Shown here piece after piece: positions 39,750 to 53,400 of a stretch of DNA of 59,480 nt. The stretch comes from Bacteroidales bacterium (lineage in GTDB: Bacteria; Bacteroidota; Bacteroidia; Bacteroidales; UBA4181). The first letter of the stretch is position 1; every line of letters begins with the position of its first letter. The notes below the pieces were generated by a model. That model had not been told where the DNA came from, did no database searches, and worked only from the letters and a program-made list of their open reading frames with translations. Made by a program: the position numbers and the translations under genes. Where the stretch lies: assembly GCA_031270985.1 (NCBI GenBank), contig JAISWR010000009.1:1-59480 (forward strand). Direction: 5' to 3'.

Positions 39750-39938
39750 ATGGCAAAGAAGACAAAAGACGTTCGCATACAGGTAATACTGGAATGTACG
39801 GAACAGAAAGGAAGCGGAGTTCCGGGAATGTCGCGGTACATTACCACCAAGAACAAGAAAAACACGCCCGACAGGCTGGAACGCCGGAAGTACAACCCGT
39901 TTCTGAAAAGAGTAACCGTTCATAAAGAAATTAAATAA
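39750..39938 (+). CDS. rpmG: 50S ribosomal protein L33
   Basis: [19 protein letters not shown]...[35 protein letters not shown]. Confidence 0.95.
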   Translation: MAKKTKDVRIQVILECTEQKGSGVPGMSRYITTKNKKNTPDRLERRKYNPFLKRVTVHKEIK

Positions 39939-39953
39939 TACATACATTAATCT

Positions 39954-40112
39954 ATGGCAAAGAAAGTAGTTGCGACCTTGAAACAAAAAGGCGCAGGCAA
40001 AGGAATTACCAAAGTCATCAAAATGGTGAAATCCGAAAAATCAGGCGCATATACGTTTGTGGAAGACATCGTTTCTGTGGACACTGCAAAGGATTTTTTT
40101 GAAAACAAATAA
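39954..40112 (+). CDS. DUF4295 family small protein (52 aa)
   Basis: Below the ORF-track cutoff. Translation is MAKKVVATLKQKGAGKGITKVIKMVKSEKSGAYTFVEDIVSVDTAKDFFENK*. The sequence type and the position after rpmG are typical of Bacteroidota DUF4295. Confidence 0.8.
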   Translation: MAKKVVATLKQKGAGKGITKVIKMVKSEKSGAYTFVEDIVSVDTAKDFFENK

Positions 40113-40616
40113 CGGATTTGTCCGTGCAGGACATGAGAAACTATCTATATTTTCTAAAACAAATTGCGACAATTCAAAACAATTTCAACTGTTTTGTGGC
40201 TTCCGGTGAATAGTTCATTGTCAGCACTTCGGTTTTTTCGCCGCTGAAAATGACAGGAAACCCCATATTGGCGCTGTTCAAATAACTGTTTTCCGAAAGA
40301 CTGTATTGTGGTAATTTCCAACCTAAATCAGGAAAATACACATAAGCGCAAAAGTGCCATTTTTGAGCATTTTTTTTACACGTAGGGGCTATTTTTCTAT
40401 GCCTTCTTTTTGCCATTTTGTCCGTCCAACTCAAAAAAGGAGTATTTTCGCCCTCCAACAACCCATAAAAAACCGCCCAAAATGGTGGTAAAAACATTTA
40501 ATAAATGCCTGCTTAACAGAAAATTAACACGGATTAATGTTTTTGCGCAATTTGTTTTTCGTAATTTGTTTTTGCCCCATAAAATATCAATTACGGTATG
40601 ACATTATCTTTTTATT

Positions 40617-42044
40617 TTATTCTATTCCGTCCAAAATCAATACCCAATCGTTTCCGTCACGTATTTCGGTTACGGGTGGCGTAAATGCAACTACTCCTTC
40701 GTTTTTTGCCGTGCCTGCATCCGTCAATGTCCCGTTGCGCGGATCGTACCAGTTCGCCTTCACTGTGTTGCCCCGTATTTTTCCCATGTTCACCTGTAAT
40801 TCCCGACCGTTGAAAGTGTACAGGAATGCGTATTTTTCGCCTTTCATTGCGGCTATGTGATCATATTTTTCACCTTGATTTGCTACAAGCGAACTGTCGG
40901 GTGTTCTTTCTTCAAAAGGACGGGACAATATCAGGTTTTTCATGTATTGCATTTGCGTTGCACCTTCGGCATTGAGGGCGTCTGTCCACAGCATTTCTGC
41001 GTTATAGGCGCCGGGCAACCTGTCGTCGGACAGCAGCATCTGCATGATGGAGTTGTGTCCGTAAGTGAATCCGCAAGCGCCTGCCAACACTGACCAATAT
41101 GCGTAGCGGCGCACATCTTCCGCTTGCCATAGCGGTTGCGGCGCGTCGGGTGGGAAATTTTCCGGACGCAGGTGAGCGTATCTTTCCGTGTTCCAATCGT
41201 GCAAGCCGTGCGGGATGTTTTCATACGACGGTTCGCCGTCCAGAACGGGTTTTGGTGGAACAAGCGCATAATCCTTCTCTATATACCGCCAGTTATCCTG
41301 CCCTATGCCGTTGGGGTCTTGTTCGTATGTGCGATGTCCCGACTGTACCATGTTGAAATCCAGCCACTGTGCCTGATGAAACCACTCGGACGATCGCGAA
41401 CGTCCAAACGGGTGGAAAGTAATCAGATGATCGGGTGCATACTGGCGCAAGGTGTTACCGATAGTGTTCCATATTTCAGTGGAATCCGACCCCATCACGT
41501 CGCCGCCGTTCATCCAGATGACGTTGCGGCAAGCGGCATAGCGTTCGCCCAAAAATTTCGCGTAGGCAACTGCCTGACTGCGACTGACCATTCCACTCTT
41601 CACATTGCCGCCCCACACCGGCACAATGGCAATGTATATGCCTTTTTGCGCCGCCAGCTGAACGGCATAATCCAGATGATCCCAGTAATCGTACTGCAAT
41701 GAATCATTTGGATCATTCCCTTCTGTGACTGCCGGACGCGAAGCATCATTATCCGTCACAGCCGGTCGTCCGTAAGCATTTCTCACACCAAGCCCATGCA
41801 ACACGGAGGTTTGTATCACGTTAAATCCCTTGTTGCGTCTGTCTTCCAGATATTGTTCCGTTTGTTCGCGGTTAAGTTTATGCATCAGCCATCCGGTATC
41901 GCCCAGCCACAGAAACGGTGTTCCGTCCGCAGTGGTCAGAAAGCGATGGTTGGCGGATATGGCCAGAGGTTGTATGCCTGCTTCGCGCATCGTACATCCC
42001 CATACCAATAATGTCGTTATTGCAGATAAAAATATGTGTTTCAT
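40617..42044 (-). CDS. DUF4038-type glycoside hydrolase (GH140-like) with C-terminal beta-sandwich
   Basis: Lipoprotein-like N-terminus (LLVWGCT), FLWLGDTGW, VLDGEPSYE, then a C-terminal domain resembling the so-called collagen-binding domain of this family. The assignment is from memory of DUF4038/GH140. Confidence 0.6.
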   Translation of the reverse strand: MKHIFLSAITTLLVWGCTMREAGIQPLAISANHRFLTTADGTPFLWLGDTGWLMHKLNREQTEQYLEDRRNKGFNVIQTSVLHGLGVRNAYGRPAVTDNDASRPAVTEGNDPNDSLQYDYWDHLDYAVQLAAQKGIYIAIVPVWGGNVKSGMVSRSQAVAYAKFLGERYAACRNVIWMNGGDVMGSDSTEIWNTIGNTLRQYAPDHLITFHPFGRSRSSEWFHQAQWLDFNMVQSGHRTYEQDPNGIGQDNWRYIEKDYALVPPKPVLDGEPSYENIPHGLHDWNTERYAHLRPENFPPDAPQPLWQAEDVRRYAYWSVLAGACGFTYGHNSIMQMLLSDDRLPGAYNAEMLWTDALNAEGATQMQYMKNLILSRPFEERTPDSSLVANQGEKYDHIAAMKGEKYAFLYTFNGRELQVNMGKIRGNTVKANWYDPRNGTLTDAGTAKNEGVVAFTPPVTEIRDGNDWVLILDGIE

Positions 42045-42114
42045 GGGTATAAGTTTTTATTTTATAAGACAAAAAATTTATCGGACAGTTTTTTAGGCGT
42101 TTTGTGGCATCGGT

Positions 42115-45100
42115 TTATTGTATCACTTCAATCCATTTTCCTTCCGTATTTGCTCTTATGGAAGCGTCATACATGGCTTCGCAGGAAAATGCGGGTAGGT
42201 AGAAACGTCCGCGATAAGCTGCCGACAGTTGCACCACGAAAACTTTGCGATTGCCCGCATTGAGACTGAAATAGGTATATACGCGGTCGTCGCGGATGTC
42301 TATGTAGTCGTAGGACGATGAACCGCTTGCCGTTCTTTCGTCGTTCAGCCGCGTGTTCACAATTTCCCATCCCGACGGGAATATTTGGCTCAGGGCGAGG
42401 TTTGTATATGTGCCGTAGCGTCCGGGATTGCCGACCGTGACGATTGCTTTGAAATCCGTTCCCTGCGACAGTTGCGACACGTTGATATTGCCGCCGCGTT
42501 CGGTTTCAAAACGAACGGAAATGTCCAGTTCGTGCGCCGAAGCAATTTCATTGCCCGGCAGAGGGATACCCGATGCGGTTACACGAACAAACAGCGGCGA
42601 CTGCCCGTTGTTTTTGAATTTCACTTTTCCGTTGCCTGTTTTTCCGTCCGCGTCCAAGTCGGCTTGCCATACGGGTAAGTCGCTTGTTGCTTTCTGTGTG
42701 TTTCCCGCGTCGGTATATTCGATGTCGATGTTTTTGTTGCCGCGTTCGGCGGCGGCATATTTTGCGATGGCGAGCAGGCAATATGCTGTGGTTTGCGTAC
42801 CCATCCAGTATTCATTTCTGTTGAGCGCTTCCGACAGGTTTTTCACCGTCAGGAAGGCTGCCGTTCTGTCATTCAGCAGGATGAGCGTTTCGAGAATCAT
42901 CGCACGGTCGCGTTCGGAACTGCCGAAGTGTTCGTTGAAACGATTGGCATATTCTTCAATGGTGGTAGATATGCCGGAAGTGAGCGATTTGGCAGTTTCC
43001 GGTTTTCCTGCCAGAGCGTAAGCGGCAGCCAGCCGCCATTTGGCCTGCACGGACAGTTTTTCGTACTCTTTCAGTCTGTTCATAGCGCTCAGGTCGGGTT
43101 GTTTCGCCAATGCCAGCGTGTAGAGGCGGTATGCCTGGGTAATGTCTTCACCTTCATTGCTGCGCCAATTGGCAGCGCGGCTGGTTTGATAGCGTATCCA
43201 TGCCTGTTTCATTCCTGCGGGCAAGGCATAGCCCAACGCTTCCGCTTCGAGGATGAAATGCCCGCCATAGTTTGAACCCCATGCACTGGGTGCATAATCG
43301 CCGGGCCAATATCCGAACCCGCCCTGCGGCGTGATGAATTGCTGCAGGCGTATCAATCCGGCTTTGATGTTGCGCTCAATGTTCTGTTTGGTGGAGGCGT
43401 TCAATTCCAGCATATTGCTGAGGTGCAATTGAGGGAATACCGCTGAGGTGGTTTGTTCGATACATCCGTGCGGATATTGCAACAGGTAGTTCAGCCGACG
43501 TCCGAGATTGACGGGTGGCAGGGAAGAAGCCTCAATCACGGCGTTATTGGTGCCTTTCATGCCGGGCAGGGTATAGGTTCCGTCCCAATTTTTGCCTGCT
43601 TCCACTACTGTTTCGGTAAAGGTATATACCACAGAATTCGGGTTGCGTACGTCCAGTTCAATGCTGTGTTCCGCTTTTTCACCGCTGCCGTTTACCGTTG
43701 CGGTTATCCTGCCGATGCCTGTCTGTTCTTTCACTTTTAACTTGAAATAGACCGTCTGATCGCCTTTTCCGGAGAAAGAAACGCTTTGCTTCTTACTGCC
43801 TTCGATGGTGAACAGGTCGTTGGCGCTGATTTCCACATTCACTTGTCTGATGTTGTCTTCCATAGCAAAGACATTGACGGGAAGCCATACTTCTTCGCCC
43901 GGTCCCAGCACGCGCGGCAACGTAGCGAGCGTCATCAGCGGCTTGCGTACGGGCGTGGTTTTGTCTGCCGCGCCGTATCCCTGTCCGTTGGCAGCCACTA
44001 CCATGGTCCGTACCGAACCGACGTATTGCGGCAATTTGATTTTATGGCTGTTGGTTTTGCCTTTTTCCACAGTGAAAGGACCAAGATACTTAACGATCGG
44101 TTTAAAGCGCTGTGCCCCTGTCGCGTCTTCTTCTTTCTCTAAAGCCATTTCGGCGTCGCCGCCGATAGCAAACAGTTGCTCTATTTTTCCGCCGTATGCG
44201 CCAATTACGTAATCATAAATGTCCCATGTGCGGACACCCAGCGCTTCACGGGCATAGAAAGTGTTCCAAGGGTCGGGCGTTTTGTAGCTTGTGAGGTCGA
44301 GTAAGCCGTCATCCACAATTGCCAGGGTGTAACTCATCAATTGTCCGTTTTTTTCGTTCACCTTGATGGAAAATTCTTCTTCGGGTTTCAATACGTCAGG
44401 CATATTGATGACGGGGTAAAGCCGCGTCTGCGGGTCTTCCACCATCAGGGGCGTCACGCCGTAAAGCCTTATCGGAGCGTCGTTTTCCGTTTTAGCATGG
44501 GGCTGTATCAGCGATATATGCACATATACGTTGGGCAACATCTCCTTGGTGGTGGAAATGGATACACGTCCTTCTGTGCTTTTGCAGTCCACCCAGAAGG
44601 TGTTTTTCACATGTGCTCCCGCTTCGACGGACACCAGTGCTTTTGCGCCTGCCGCAGCCGGAAAGGTGATCACGGCTTCTTCGCCGACGTTGTAACTCGG
44701 CTTGTCGGTTGCCAGTTGCAGCATGGTGGCTGCGCTACGGCTGTCGTCGTTTTCGCCGCGCCACCAACTGTAGCCCGAATACACCGGCACTGCCACTACG
44801 TGTCCGCTTTCCGGGTCGGTCATTTTCACTACAAAATATCCGTTGTCGTCCCATTTGTAGCGGAACTGTCCTTTGCCGTTCTGCGTATTGATAGTGGCGG
44901 AATACACGAGGCTGGAATATCTGTCGGATGAATAGTTGGCTTCCCCGTGGGTGTGCGACCACCACCAATTCCAGTTCGTCTTGTACACCTCCACGTCAAC
45001 ATTGCGACGGTTCACCGGTTCACCGGTTTCATTCACCGTCGCCACTTCAAAGGTGTGTTCCTGCCCGGGTTCCAGCCTGCGGTAATAGCCGTCGCCTTTG

Positions 45101-47544
45101 GGCGCAAGGATGCCGATATAGGATTCATAAGGCGAGTAGGTGGTAGAAAATTCGTTGATGCTAAAGTCGCCGCCTTCTTCAAACACGCGAGTGGAGAGGA
45201 ATACGCGCAACATACCCGGACTTTCCGCTATGTCTATGTCTTTCCCGAAAGACAATTCTCCTTCGTCGTTTAATTTTCCTTCCAACAGTGTTTTTTCTTC
45301 GGAATAGAAGCGCATGGAGGCGTCTTCAAAGGTGTAGTCCATGAAATTTTTGAATTTCGTCGCGGTCTTGGTGATTCGTGCATTCACGCGAACATCCAGA
45401 TTACGGGCAATAGCACCGTGCAACCAGTGTGCGGAAATTTTGCCCGTCAATCCGTCGCCGCTCAGGATGGGCGTGTTTTTCAAGGCTACGTCTATTTTTA
45501 GGCGGTTGGGTTTCACGGTTTCCACTTTCAGATTTTTGGTGAATACGGCGCCGCCTACTTCTATCCGGGCTTCCCATATCCCTGTGAGCGCGTCGGCGGA
45601 GGTGGGCGCCGTGAAACGGTACAGACTGTTGCTGCCGGATGTTTTTACCTGTTTCCCGATGATTTTGTTTTGCGGGTCAATTAATGCAAAAGTTACGGGA
45701 TGGTTGGCAGGCAATGTTTTGTTTTTATCTTCCAGAATGAACGCCAGGAACAATGTGTCGCCCGGACGCCATACGCCGCGTTCGCCGTAGATGAAACCTT
45801 TCAGCCCGTTTTCGGTGCTTACGCCAGACACATCGAAGTTGCTCAGCGAAAGCGACTGATGGTCTATTTTCAGGTAGGATTTTTGTTTTCCTTGCTGTGC
45901 TACTACCACAGCGGGCATTTCCTTGCAGGAGATCACCGCCAGCCCGTTTTTGTCGGTGGATAGCTCTCCGACGGGTTGATTCACAGAATTATAGGCTTTA
46001 ATCTGCACGCCGTTCATCGGTTCGGCGGTTACCAAATGGGACGCCAGCACATACAGTTCGTACATGTCGCCCATCTTGGCGGTCAATCCTATATCGGTCG
46101 CCAATACGTTGCGCGTACGCTTGCTGTACGTCGAACCGTAATCTATGTATTCTTCACGGTCGTCATCCCAATAATAACCTCCATGATCGTAATCACCCTC
46201 CCAGTTGTCACTGCCGCTGCGTTTGTCCACCATTTTGTCTGCACCCCGTAATTTGACCCGGTAAATAGCGCCCGGTTCGGGAGAAATAATTTCCGCAAGG
46301 TCAATGGAAAAAGTGTTCCAATCTGACAGGTTAACGGCTTTCTTTTCGGCGAGGTTGATGCGTTTGTGGCGCACCTCAGTGCCCACGCGATACATTTCGC
46401 TTGCCGATTTCAACGTGTTCACCTGAAGAAATTGCAGGATATTGTTTTCGTAAATGCGGGATACCTGCACATCCACCGACCGGTAGTTGACCGATTGGAA
46501 AGTGAGGTGCAAGCCGCTGGAATTGGGCAGTATCACGCCTTGACCGACAAATTTCACTTCGGGATTCAACTGTTGAAACTCTAACTCTCGCTGTATTTCT
46601 TCGTCCAATGTTTTTCGGGATGCGGATTTCAGCCCTTTTTCAATGGTGAGCGTACGCTTGCCTGTGATGTGGGTTGAAGAGTAAATTTTCACGATGTTGA
46701 GGTCAATGCTGAAACGCACGGATTCGTTGCCGGACAGTGAGAAATAGTCTGCTATCCGCTGTTTTTCGTCAATAGCGGCAGAGAATGTGCAGATGATGTA
46801 CTGTTCCGGCGATTGCACGACCTGAATATCTATCAGTTCAAACTCGTTTTCGGCAGGTACGGAAATCACGTCTTCTTTGTCAAACGGGTAATCAATGCTT
46901 TTTCCGCTCCAGATGAGGTGAATATCGTAACGCTTGTCGCCTGCGCGGAGGCTGTCAATGCGGAAATAGTGCTTGTTTTGGGCATGGTCATGTTCCCATT
47001 TTACCACCCGCGTACTTTTGTCGGAGGAGATATTCAGCAGGCTTTTCACCTTCTCGACAGGGATATAGTCGCTTACCGTCACCGTACCGGAGAGATAGTA
47101 CAGGTTGGGCGAACGCTTATCATAGAGCGACAATCCGTCCGTCTGATAATAGAACGTCGGGATGATGGTGTTGATGAGAAAGGTGAACGTCTTTTTTGCC
47201 CCTTTCACGTCGATAACATTACCTATGCGAAACGTGACACGATATTCCTGTCCTGCCTGAAACGGATCGTCGGGTGTAAACTCAATGATATTTTCGCTGA
47301 TCCAGTATGCTTTTCCCTTCACAGACGGCGAAAAATCAAACAACCCATCCGCCGGTTCTCCGACGAGCGAAGAAGTGCGGCTCACATCGTCGGTCAGTAC
47401 CACTCGCACCGGCGACAGAGTGGACACGATGCCGGAGGTATATGCTACAATAGCCGGATGTTCCGTATCTACTTGATTACCGCCGCTGCAACCGGCGAAC
47501 AAAACACAACCCGCTAACAGGAAAAGAATAGATATTTTATACAT
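42115..47544 (-). CDS. Alpha-2-macroglobulin family lipoprotein with thioester motif (~1809 aa)
   Basis: ORF 42115..47601. ATG 47544 gives MYKISILFLLAGCVLFAGCSGG and lies downstream of a -7 box at 47599-606. MG-domain repeats throughout, with YPHGCIEQTTS (CxEQ thioester). Confidence 0.85.
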   Translation of the reverse strand: MYKISILFLLAGCVLFAGCSGGNQVDTEHPAIVAYTSGIVSTLSPVRVVLTDDVSRTSSLVGEPADGLFDFSPSVKGKAYWISENIIEFTPDDPFQAGQEYRVTFRIGNVIDVKGAKKTFTFLINTIIPTFYYQTDGLSLYDKRSPNLYYLSGTVTVSDYIPVEKVKSLLNISSDKSTRVVKWEHDHAQNKHYFRIDSLRAGDKRYDIHLIWSGKSIDYPFDKEDVISVPAENEFELIDIQVVQSPEQYIICTFSAAIDEKQRIADYFSLSGNESVRFSIDLNIVKIYSSTHITGKRTLTIEKGLKSASRKTLDEEIQRELEFQQLNPEVKFVGQGVILPNSSGLHLTFQSVNYRSVDVQVSRIYENNILQFLQVNTLKSASEMYRVGTEVRHKRINLAEKKAVNLSDWNTFSIDLAEIISPEPGAIYRVKLRGADKMVDKRSGSDNWEGDYDHGGYYWDDDREEYIDYGSTYSKRTRNVLATDIGLTAKMGDMYELYVLASHLVTAEPMNGVQIKAYNSVNQPVGELSTDKNGLAVISCKEMPAVVVAQQGKQKSYLKIDHQSLSLSNFDVSGVSTENGLKGFIYGERGVWRPGDTLFLAFILEDKNKTLPANHPVTFALIDPQNKIIGKQVKTSGSNSLYRFTAPTSADALTGIWEARIEVGGAVFTKNLKVETVKPNRLKIDVALKNTPILSGDGLTGKISAHWLHGAIARNLDVRVNARITKTATKFKNFMDYTFEDASMRFYSEEKTLLEGKLNDEGELSFGKDIDIAESPGMLRVFLSTRVFEEGGDFSINEFSTTYSPYESYIGILAPKGDGYYRRLEPGQEHTFEVATVNETGEPVNRRNVDVEVYKTNWNWWWSHTHGEANYSSDRYSSLVYSATINTQNGKGQFRYKWDDNGYFVVKMTDPESGHVVAVPVYSGYSWWRGENDDSRSAATMLQLATDKPSYNVGEEAVITFPAAAGAKALVSVEAGAHVKNTFWVDCKSTEGRVSISTTKEMLPNVYVHISLIQPHAKTENDAPIRLYGVTPLMVEDPQTRLYPVINMPDVLKPEEEFSIKVNEKNGQLMSYTLAIVDDGLLDLTSYKTPDPWNTFYAREALGVRTWDIYDYVIGAYGGKIEQLFAIGGDAEMALEKEEDATGAQRFKPIVKYLGPFTVEKGKTNSHKIKLPQYVGSVRTMVVAANGQGYGAADKTTPVRKPLMTLATLPRVLGPGEEVWLPVNVFAMEDNIRQVNVEISANDLFTIEGSKKQSVSFSGKGDQTVYFKLKVKEQTGIGRITATVNGSGEKAEHSIELDVRNPNSVVYTFTETVVEAGKNWDGTYTLPGMKGTNNAVIEASSLPPVNLGRRLNYLLQYPHGCIEQTTSAVFPQLHLSNMLELNASTKQNIERNIKAGLIRLQQFITPQGGFGYWPGDYAPSAWGSNYGGHFILEAEALGYALPAGMKQAWIRYQTSRAANWRSNEGEDITQAYRLYTLALAKQPDLSAMNRLKEYEKLSVQAKWRLAAAYALAGKPETAKSLTSGISTTIEEYANRFNEHFGSSERDRAMILETLILLNDRTAAFLTVKNLSEALNRNEYWMGTQTTAYCLLAIAKYAAAERGNKNIDIEYTDAGNTQKATSDLPVWQADLDADGKTGNGKVKFKNNGQSPLFVRVTASGIPLPGNEIASAHELDISVRFETERGGNINVSQLSQGTDFKAIVTVGNPGRYGTYTNLALSQIFPSGWEIVNTRLNDERTASGSSSYDYIDIRDDRVYTYFSLNAGNRKVFVVQLSAAYRGRFYLPAFSCEAMYDASIRANTEGKWIEVIQ
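43453..43464 (-). other. CIEQ thioester motif codons of the A2M gene
   Basis: The minus strand reads TGT ATC GAA CAA within CAATATCCGCACGGATGTATCGAACAAACC. Confidence 0.8.
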
Positions 47545-47598
47545 AATCGTATAATTATAAATTAATTGATCCTTTTTGTCATGATGATTTTTATGTTT

Positions 47599-47606
47599 CA
47601 AAGATA
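47599..47606 (-). promoter_or_regulatory. -7 box TATCTTTG for the A2M gene
   Basis: The minus strand reads TATCTTTG, 55 nt upstream of ATG 47544. It overlaps the alternative ATG 47601, which argues against that start. Confidence 0.4.
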
Positions 47607-47625
47607 TATCTTTTTTAGAAACATG

Positions 47626-47667
47626 AGACAGGTTGAAAATGTTTTTTTTAATATTCTCAACCTGTCT
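47626..47667 (-). terminator. Strong hairpin between the GH2 stop and the A2M promoter
   Basis: 11-bp perfect stem AGACAGGTTGA(47626-36)/TCAACCTGTCT(47657-67), extended by about 6 more pairs (1 mismatch, 1 G-U), with a T6 loop. There is no clean U-tract on the minus strand. Confidence 0.5.
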
Positions 47668-47746
47668 TATATTTCACGACAAGGTCAGGGGGGATTTTGA
47701 CGCCGACGGGTTGGAGCGCCTTATTGGGTTAGCCGGTGATGGGCTT

Positions 47747-50881
<3,135 letters not shown>

Positions 50882-50902
50882 TTAATGATGAACTAATGCG
50901 TA

Positions 50903-50910
50903 CAAAGGTA
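50903..50910 (-). promoter_or_regulatory. -7 box TACCTTTG for the GH2 gene
   Basis: The minus strand reads TACCTTTG, 43 nt upstream of ATG 50860. Confidence 0.45.
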
Positions 50911-50969
50911 CGAAAATAATTCGACGGTGGAAACGGTTTAACATTTTTTAAGATTTTTGCGCCGATTTG

Positions 50970-51371
50970 TCAGGACAGTCGCGCAAATATTTGCCTTTCC
51001 ACAGGTAACGGTAGGAGGGCGGAAATCAACGGCGCCTTTTTTAAATCCTGCAGCCATGAATTTAAATCATTTTCGCTCAGTTTCCGGTCGAATTTCAAAA
51101 TGAAATCGAAGTTTTTGTATTTCGGAAGCAAAAATCCGTTACTGCAACGGTTGGAAATGAGCCACAGCGTTTGTGTTTCATCGGTATGGCAAAAACAGGC
51201 AAATTCTTCTGTTCCGGCAATATGTCCCTTGCTTTGAAAGACAAACTGCAAACCGAGATGTTCGTTCAGGCTCCACGATAAACGGTAATCATTTTCATGG
51301 GATGAAATGCCTATCGCGGTGAACATCAATAATTCCTGCGAAACGTTCAATTTGAACACGTTTTTTTTCAT
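50970..51371 (-). CDS. IPExxxVDY-family-like small protein
   Basis: 133 aa with an ATGA overlap with the rnc stop. LLPKYKNFDFIL loosely matches the family motif. The position after rnc fits my recollection of Bacteroidota synteny. Confidence 0.5.
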   Translation of the reverse strand: MKKNVFKLNVSQELLMFTAIGISSHENDYRLSWSLNEHLGLQFVFQSKGHIAGTEEFACFCHTDETQTLWLISNRCSNGFLLPKYKNFDFILKFDRKLSENDLNSWLQDLKKAPLISALLPLPVERQIFARLS

Positions 51372-52129
51372 CCTTGTTTTTCTTTCTTCTGCTCCAGATA
51401 TTGCAACGTATCCATGGAAAATTCACCGGAGTTGAACAGGAAATCCAGCGCTTTCCGCGCCGCTACCTGTTCCGCTTCTTTTTTTGAATATCCGTTGCCC
51501 GAGGCAATGGGTATGCTGCCTATGGAAATCTGCATGGTGAATCCGGCATTGACCGGCCCTTTGATTTCCATGAATGCCACCCGCAAGCGGTTTTTCTGTC
51601 CCCATTCCATGATGCGGCTTTTGCAATCGGTTTCCGTTTGCGACAATCCGTCCAAGTCAATATATTTTTCGAGAACGTTTTCTACGATGAATTTTTGTGT
51701 TTTTTCATAACCCAGATCCAGATAGATAGCGCCCACCAAGGCTTCAAAAGCATCGCCGCATATTCGTTTTTTGTTTGTGCTGTTTTCCTTGGTAATCAGC
51801 AGATCGCAGAGTCCCATTTTGGAAGCGATGCTGTCCAGATGGGAGCGATTCACGATTTTTGAGCGCATTTGCGTCATGAATCCTTCTCTTTTGTCGGGGA
51901 AACGATGAAACACATAATCCGACACTATGGCATCTATGATGGCGTCACCGAGAAATTCCAGCCGTTCGTTGTTCACTACCGTTCCGTTCTGCAGAATGAC
52001 AGAAGCCGATTTGTGCAAAAATGCCAATTCGTACAGGTCGGGGTTGTTCGGTTTGATGTTCAGATCTTTTTCCAGAAATGCACAAAACCCCTTATTGCCT
52101 ATTATAAAGGGTTTTAACGGGTCTATCAT
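51368..52129 (-). CDS. rnc: Ribonuclease III
   Basis: NERLEFLGDAI signature, FEALVGAIYLD, and a C-terminal dsRBD (GYSKKEAEQVAARKAL). Confidence 0.9.
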   Translation of the reverse strand: MIDPLKPFIIGNKGFCAFLEKDLNIKPNNPDLYELAFLHKSASVILQNGTVVNNERLEFLGDAIIDAIVSDYVFHRFPDKREGFMTQMRSKIVNRSHLDSIASKMGLCDLLITKENSTNKKRICGDAFEALVGAIYLDLGYEKTQKFIVENVLEKYIDLDGLSQTETDCKSRIMEWGQKNRLRVAFMEIKGPVNAGFTMQISIGSIPIASGNGYSKKEAEQVAARKALDFLFNSGEFSMDTLQYLEQKKEKQG

Positions 52130-52138
52130 GGCGAGGGC

Positions 52139-53386
52139 TTATTCTGCTTTTTTGAAAATAAGGGATGTATTATGTCCACCAAAGCCGAAAGTGTTGCTTA
52201 ATGCATAGCATACATCACGTTTTTGTGCTTTGTTGAACGTCAGGTTCAGTTTTCTATCTATTTCCTCGTCATCCGTGAAATGGTTGATGGTGGGCGGTAT
52301 GATGCCGTGATTGATTGCCAGAATGGATGCGATGGCTTCTATTGCACCTGCCGCTCCCAGCAGATGTCCCGTCATGGATTTGGTGGCGCTGATGTTCGTC
52401 TTATAGGCATGATCGCCGAAAAGGCGGACGATGGCTTTGGTTTCCGAAGGGTCGCCTACGGGGGTCGATGTGCCGTGCACGTTGATGTAGTCAATGTGCT
52501 CGCATGTGATGTTTGCATCGTTCAAAGCGGCTTTCATCGCTCTGTATGCGCCGTCGCCTTCGGGATGTGATTTTGTCAGATGATAGGCATCCGCCGACAT
52601 GCCGCCTCCTACTACTTCTGCATAAATCTTGGCGCCCCGTTTTTTGGCGTGTTCGTACTCTTCAAGAATCAGTCCTCCGGCGCCTTCGCCAATCACAAAG
52701 CCGTCTCTGTCCTTATCGAAGGGGCGGGAAGCGGTTCGGTACTGTTCGTTGTTGGTGGACAATGCCTGCATAGAATTGAATCCGCCTACTCCGCTTTCGC
52801 TGATGGTGGCTTCGGAGCCTCCGGCAACAAAGACGTCTGCGTGTCCCAGCCGAATGTAATTCAATGCGTCTATAAGGGCGTTGGAAGACGATGCACATGC
52901 CGATACGGTCGCATAATTTGGCCCTTTTAACCCGTATTTGATGGAAATCTGTCCTGCGGCGATATCTGCAATCATTTTCGGAATAAAAAAGGGATTAAAC
53001 CGCGGCGTGCCGTCACCGTCGTAAAAGGCTTTCAATTCTTCGGCAAATGTAGTAATACCGCCTATGCCCGACGCCCAGATGACGCCCGCTCTTTCCAAAT
53101 CGGTTTGTGTCAGAAATCCGGAGTCTTCAATGGCTTCGGTGGCGGCAACCACAGCAAACTGAGTGTATAAATCGTATTTCTTGATTTCTTTCCTTTCAAA
53201 CAGTGCCGTTGGGTCAAAATTCTTGACTTCGCACGCAAACCGTGTTTTAAACTTAGAGGCATCAAAACGTGTAATCCAGTCGGAACCACTTACACCATTT
53301 ACAAGCCCGTTCCAATAATCGGAAACGTTATTGCCTATGGGGGTAATGGCTCCCAGACCGGTTACTGCTACTCGTTTTAATTGCAT
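52139..53386 (-). CDS. fabF: Beta-ketoacyl-ACP synthase II
   Basis: ATG 53386 (MQLKRVAVTGLG). Active-site ACASS, with the HGTSTP and GHLLGAAG His motifs. Confidence 0.92.
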   Translation of the reverse strand: MQLKRVAVTGLGAITPIGNNVSDYWNGLVNGVSGSDWITRFDASKFKTRFACEVKNFDPTALFERKEIKKYDLYTQFAVVAATEAIEDSGFLTQTDLERAGVIWASGIGGITTFAEELKAFYDGDGTPRFNPFFIPKMIADIAAGQISIKYGLKGPNYATVSACASSSNALIDALNYIRLGHADVFVAGGSEATISESGVGGFNSMQALSTNNEQYRTASRPFDKDRDGFVIGEGAGGLILEEYEHAKKRGAKIYAEVVGGGMSADAYHLTKSHPEGDGAYRAMKAALNDANITCEHIDYINVHGTSTPVGDPSETKAIVRLFGDHAYKTNISATKSMTGHLLGAAGAIEAIASILAINHGIIPPTINHFTDDEEIDRKLNLTFNKAQKRDVCYALSNTFGFGGHNTSLIFKKAE

Positions 53387-53400
53387 AACAGCAAACAAAC

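Noticed and set aside
40174-40497. 107-aa minus-strand ORF in the gap after DUF4295
   Set aside because: It has no signal, motif or promoter box I can recognise, and its composition is odd (it contains KRRHRKIAPTCKKNAQKWHF). I kept it only as part of the gap finding, not as a feature.
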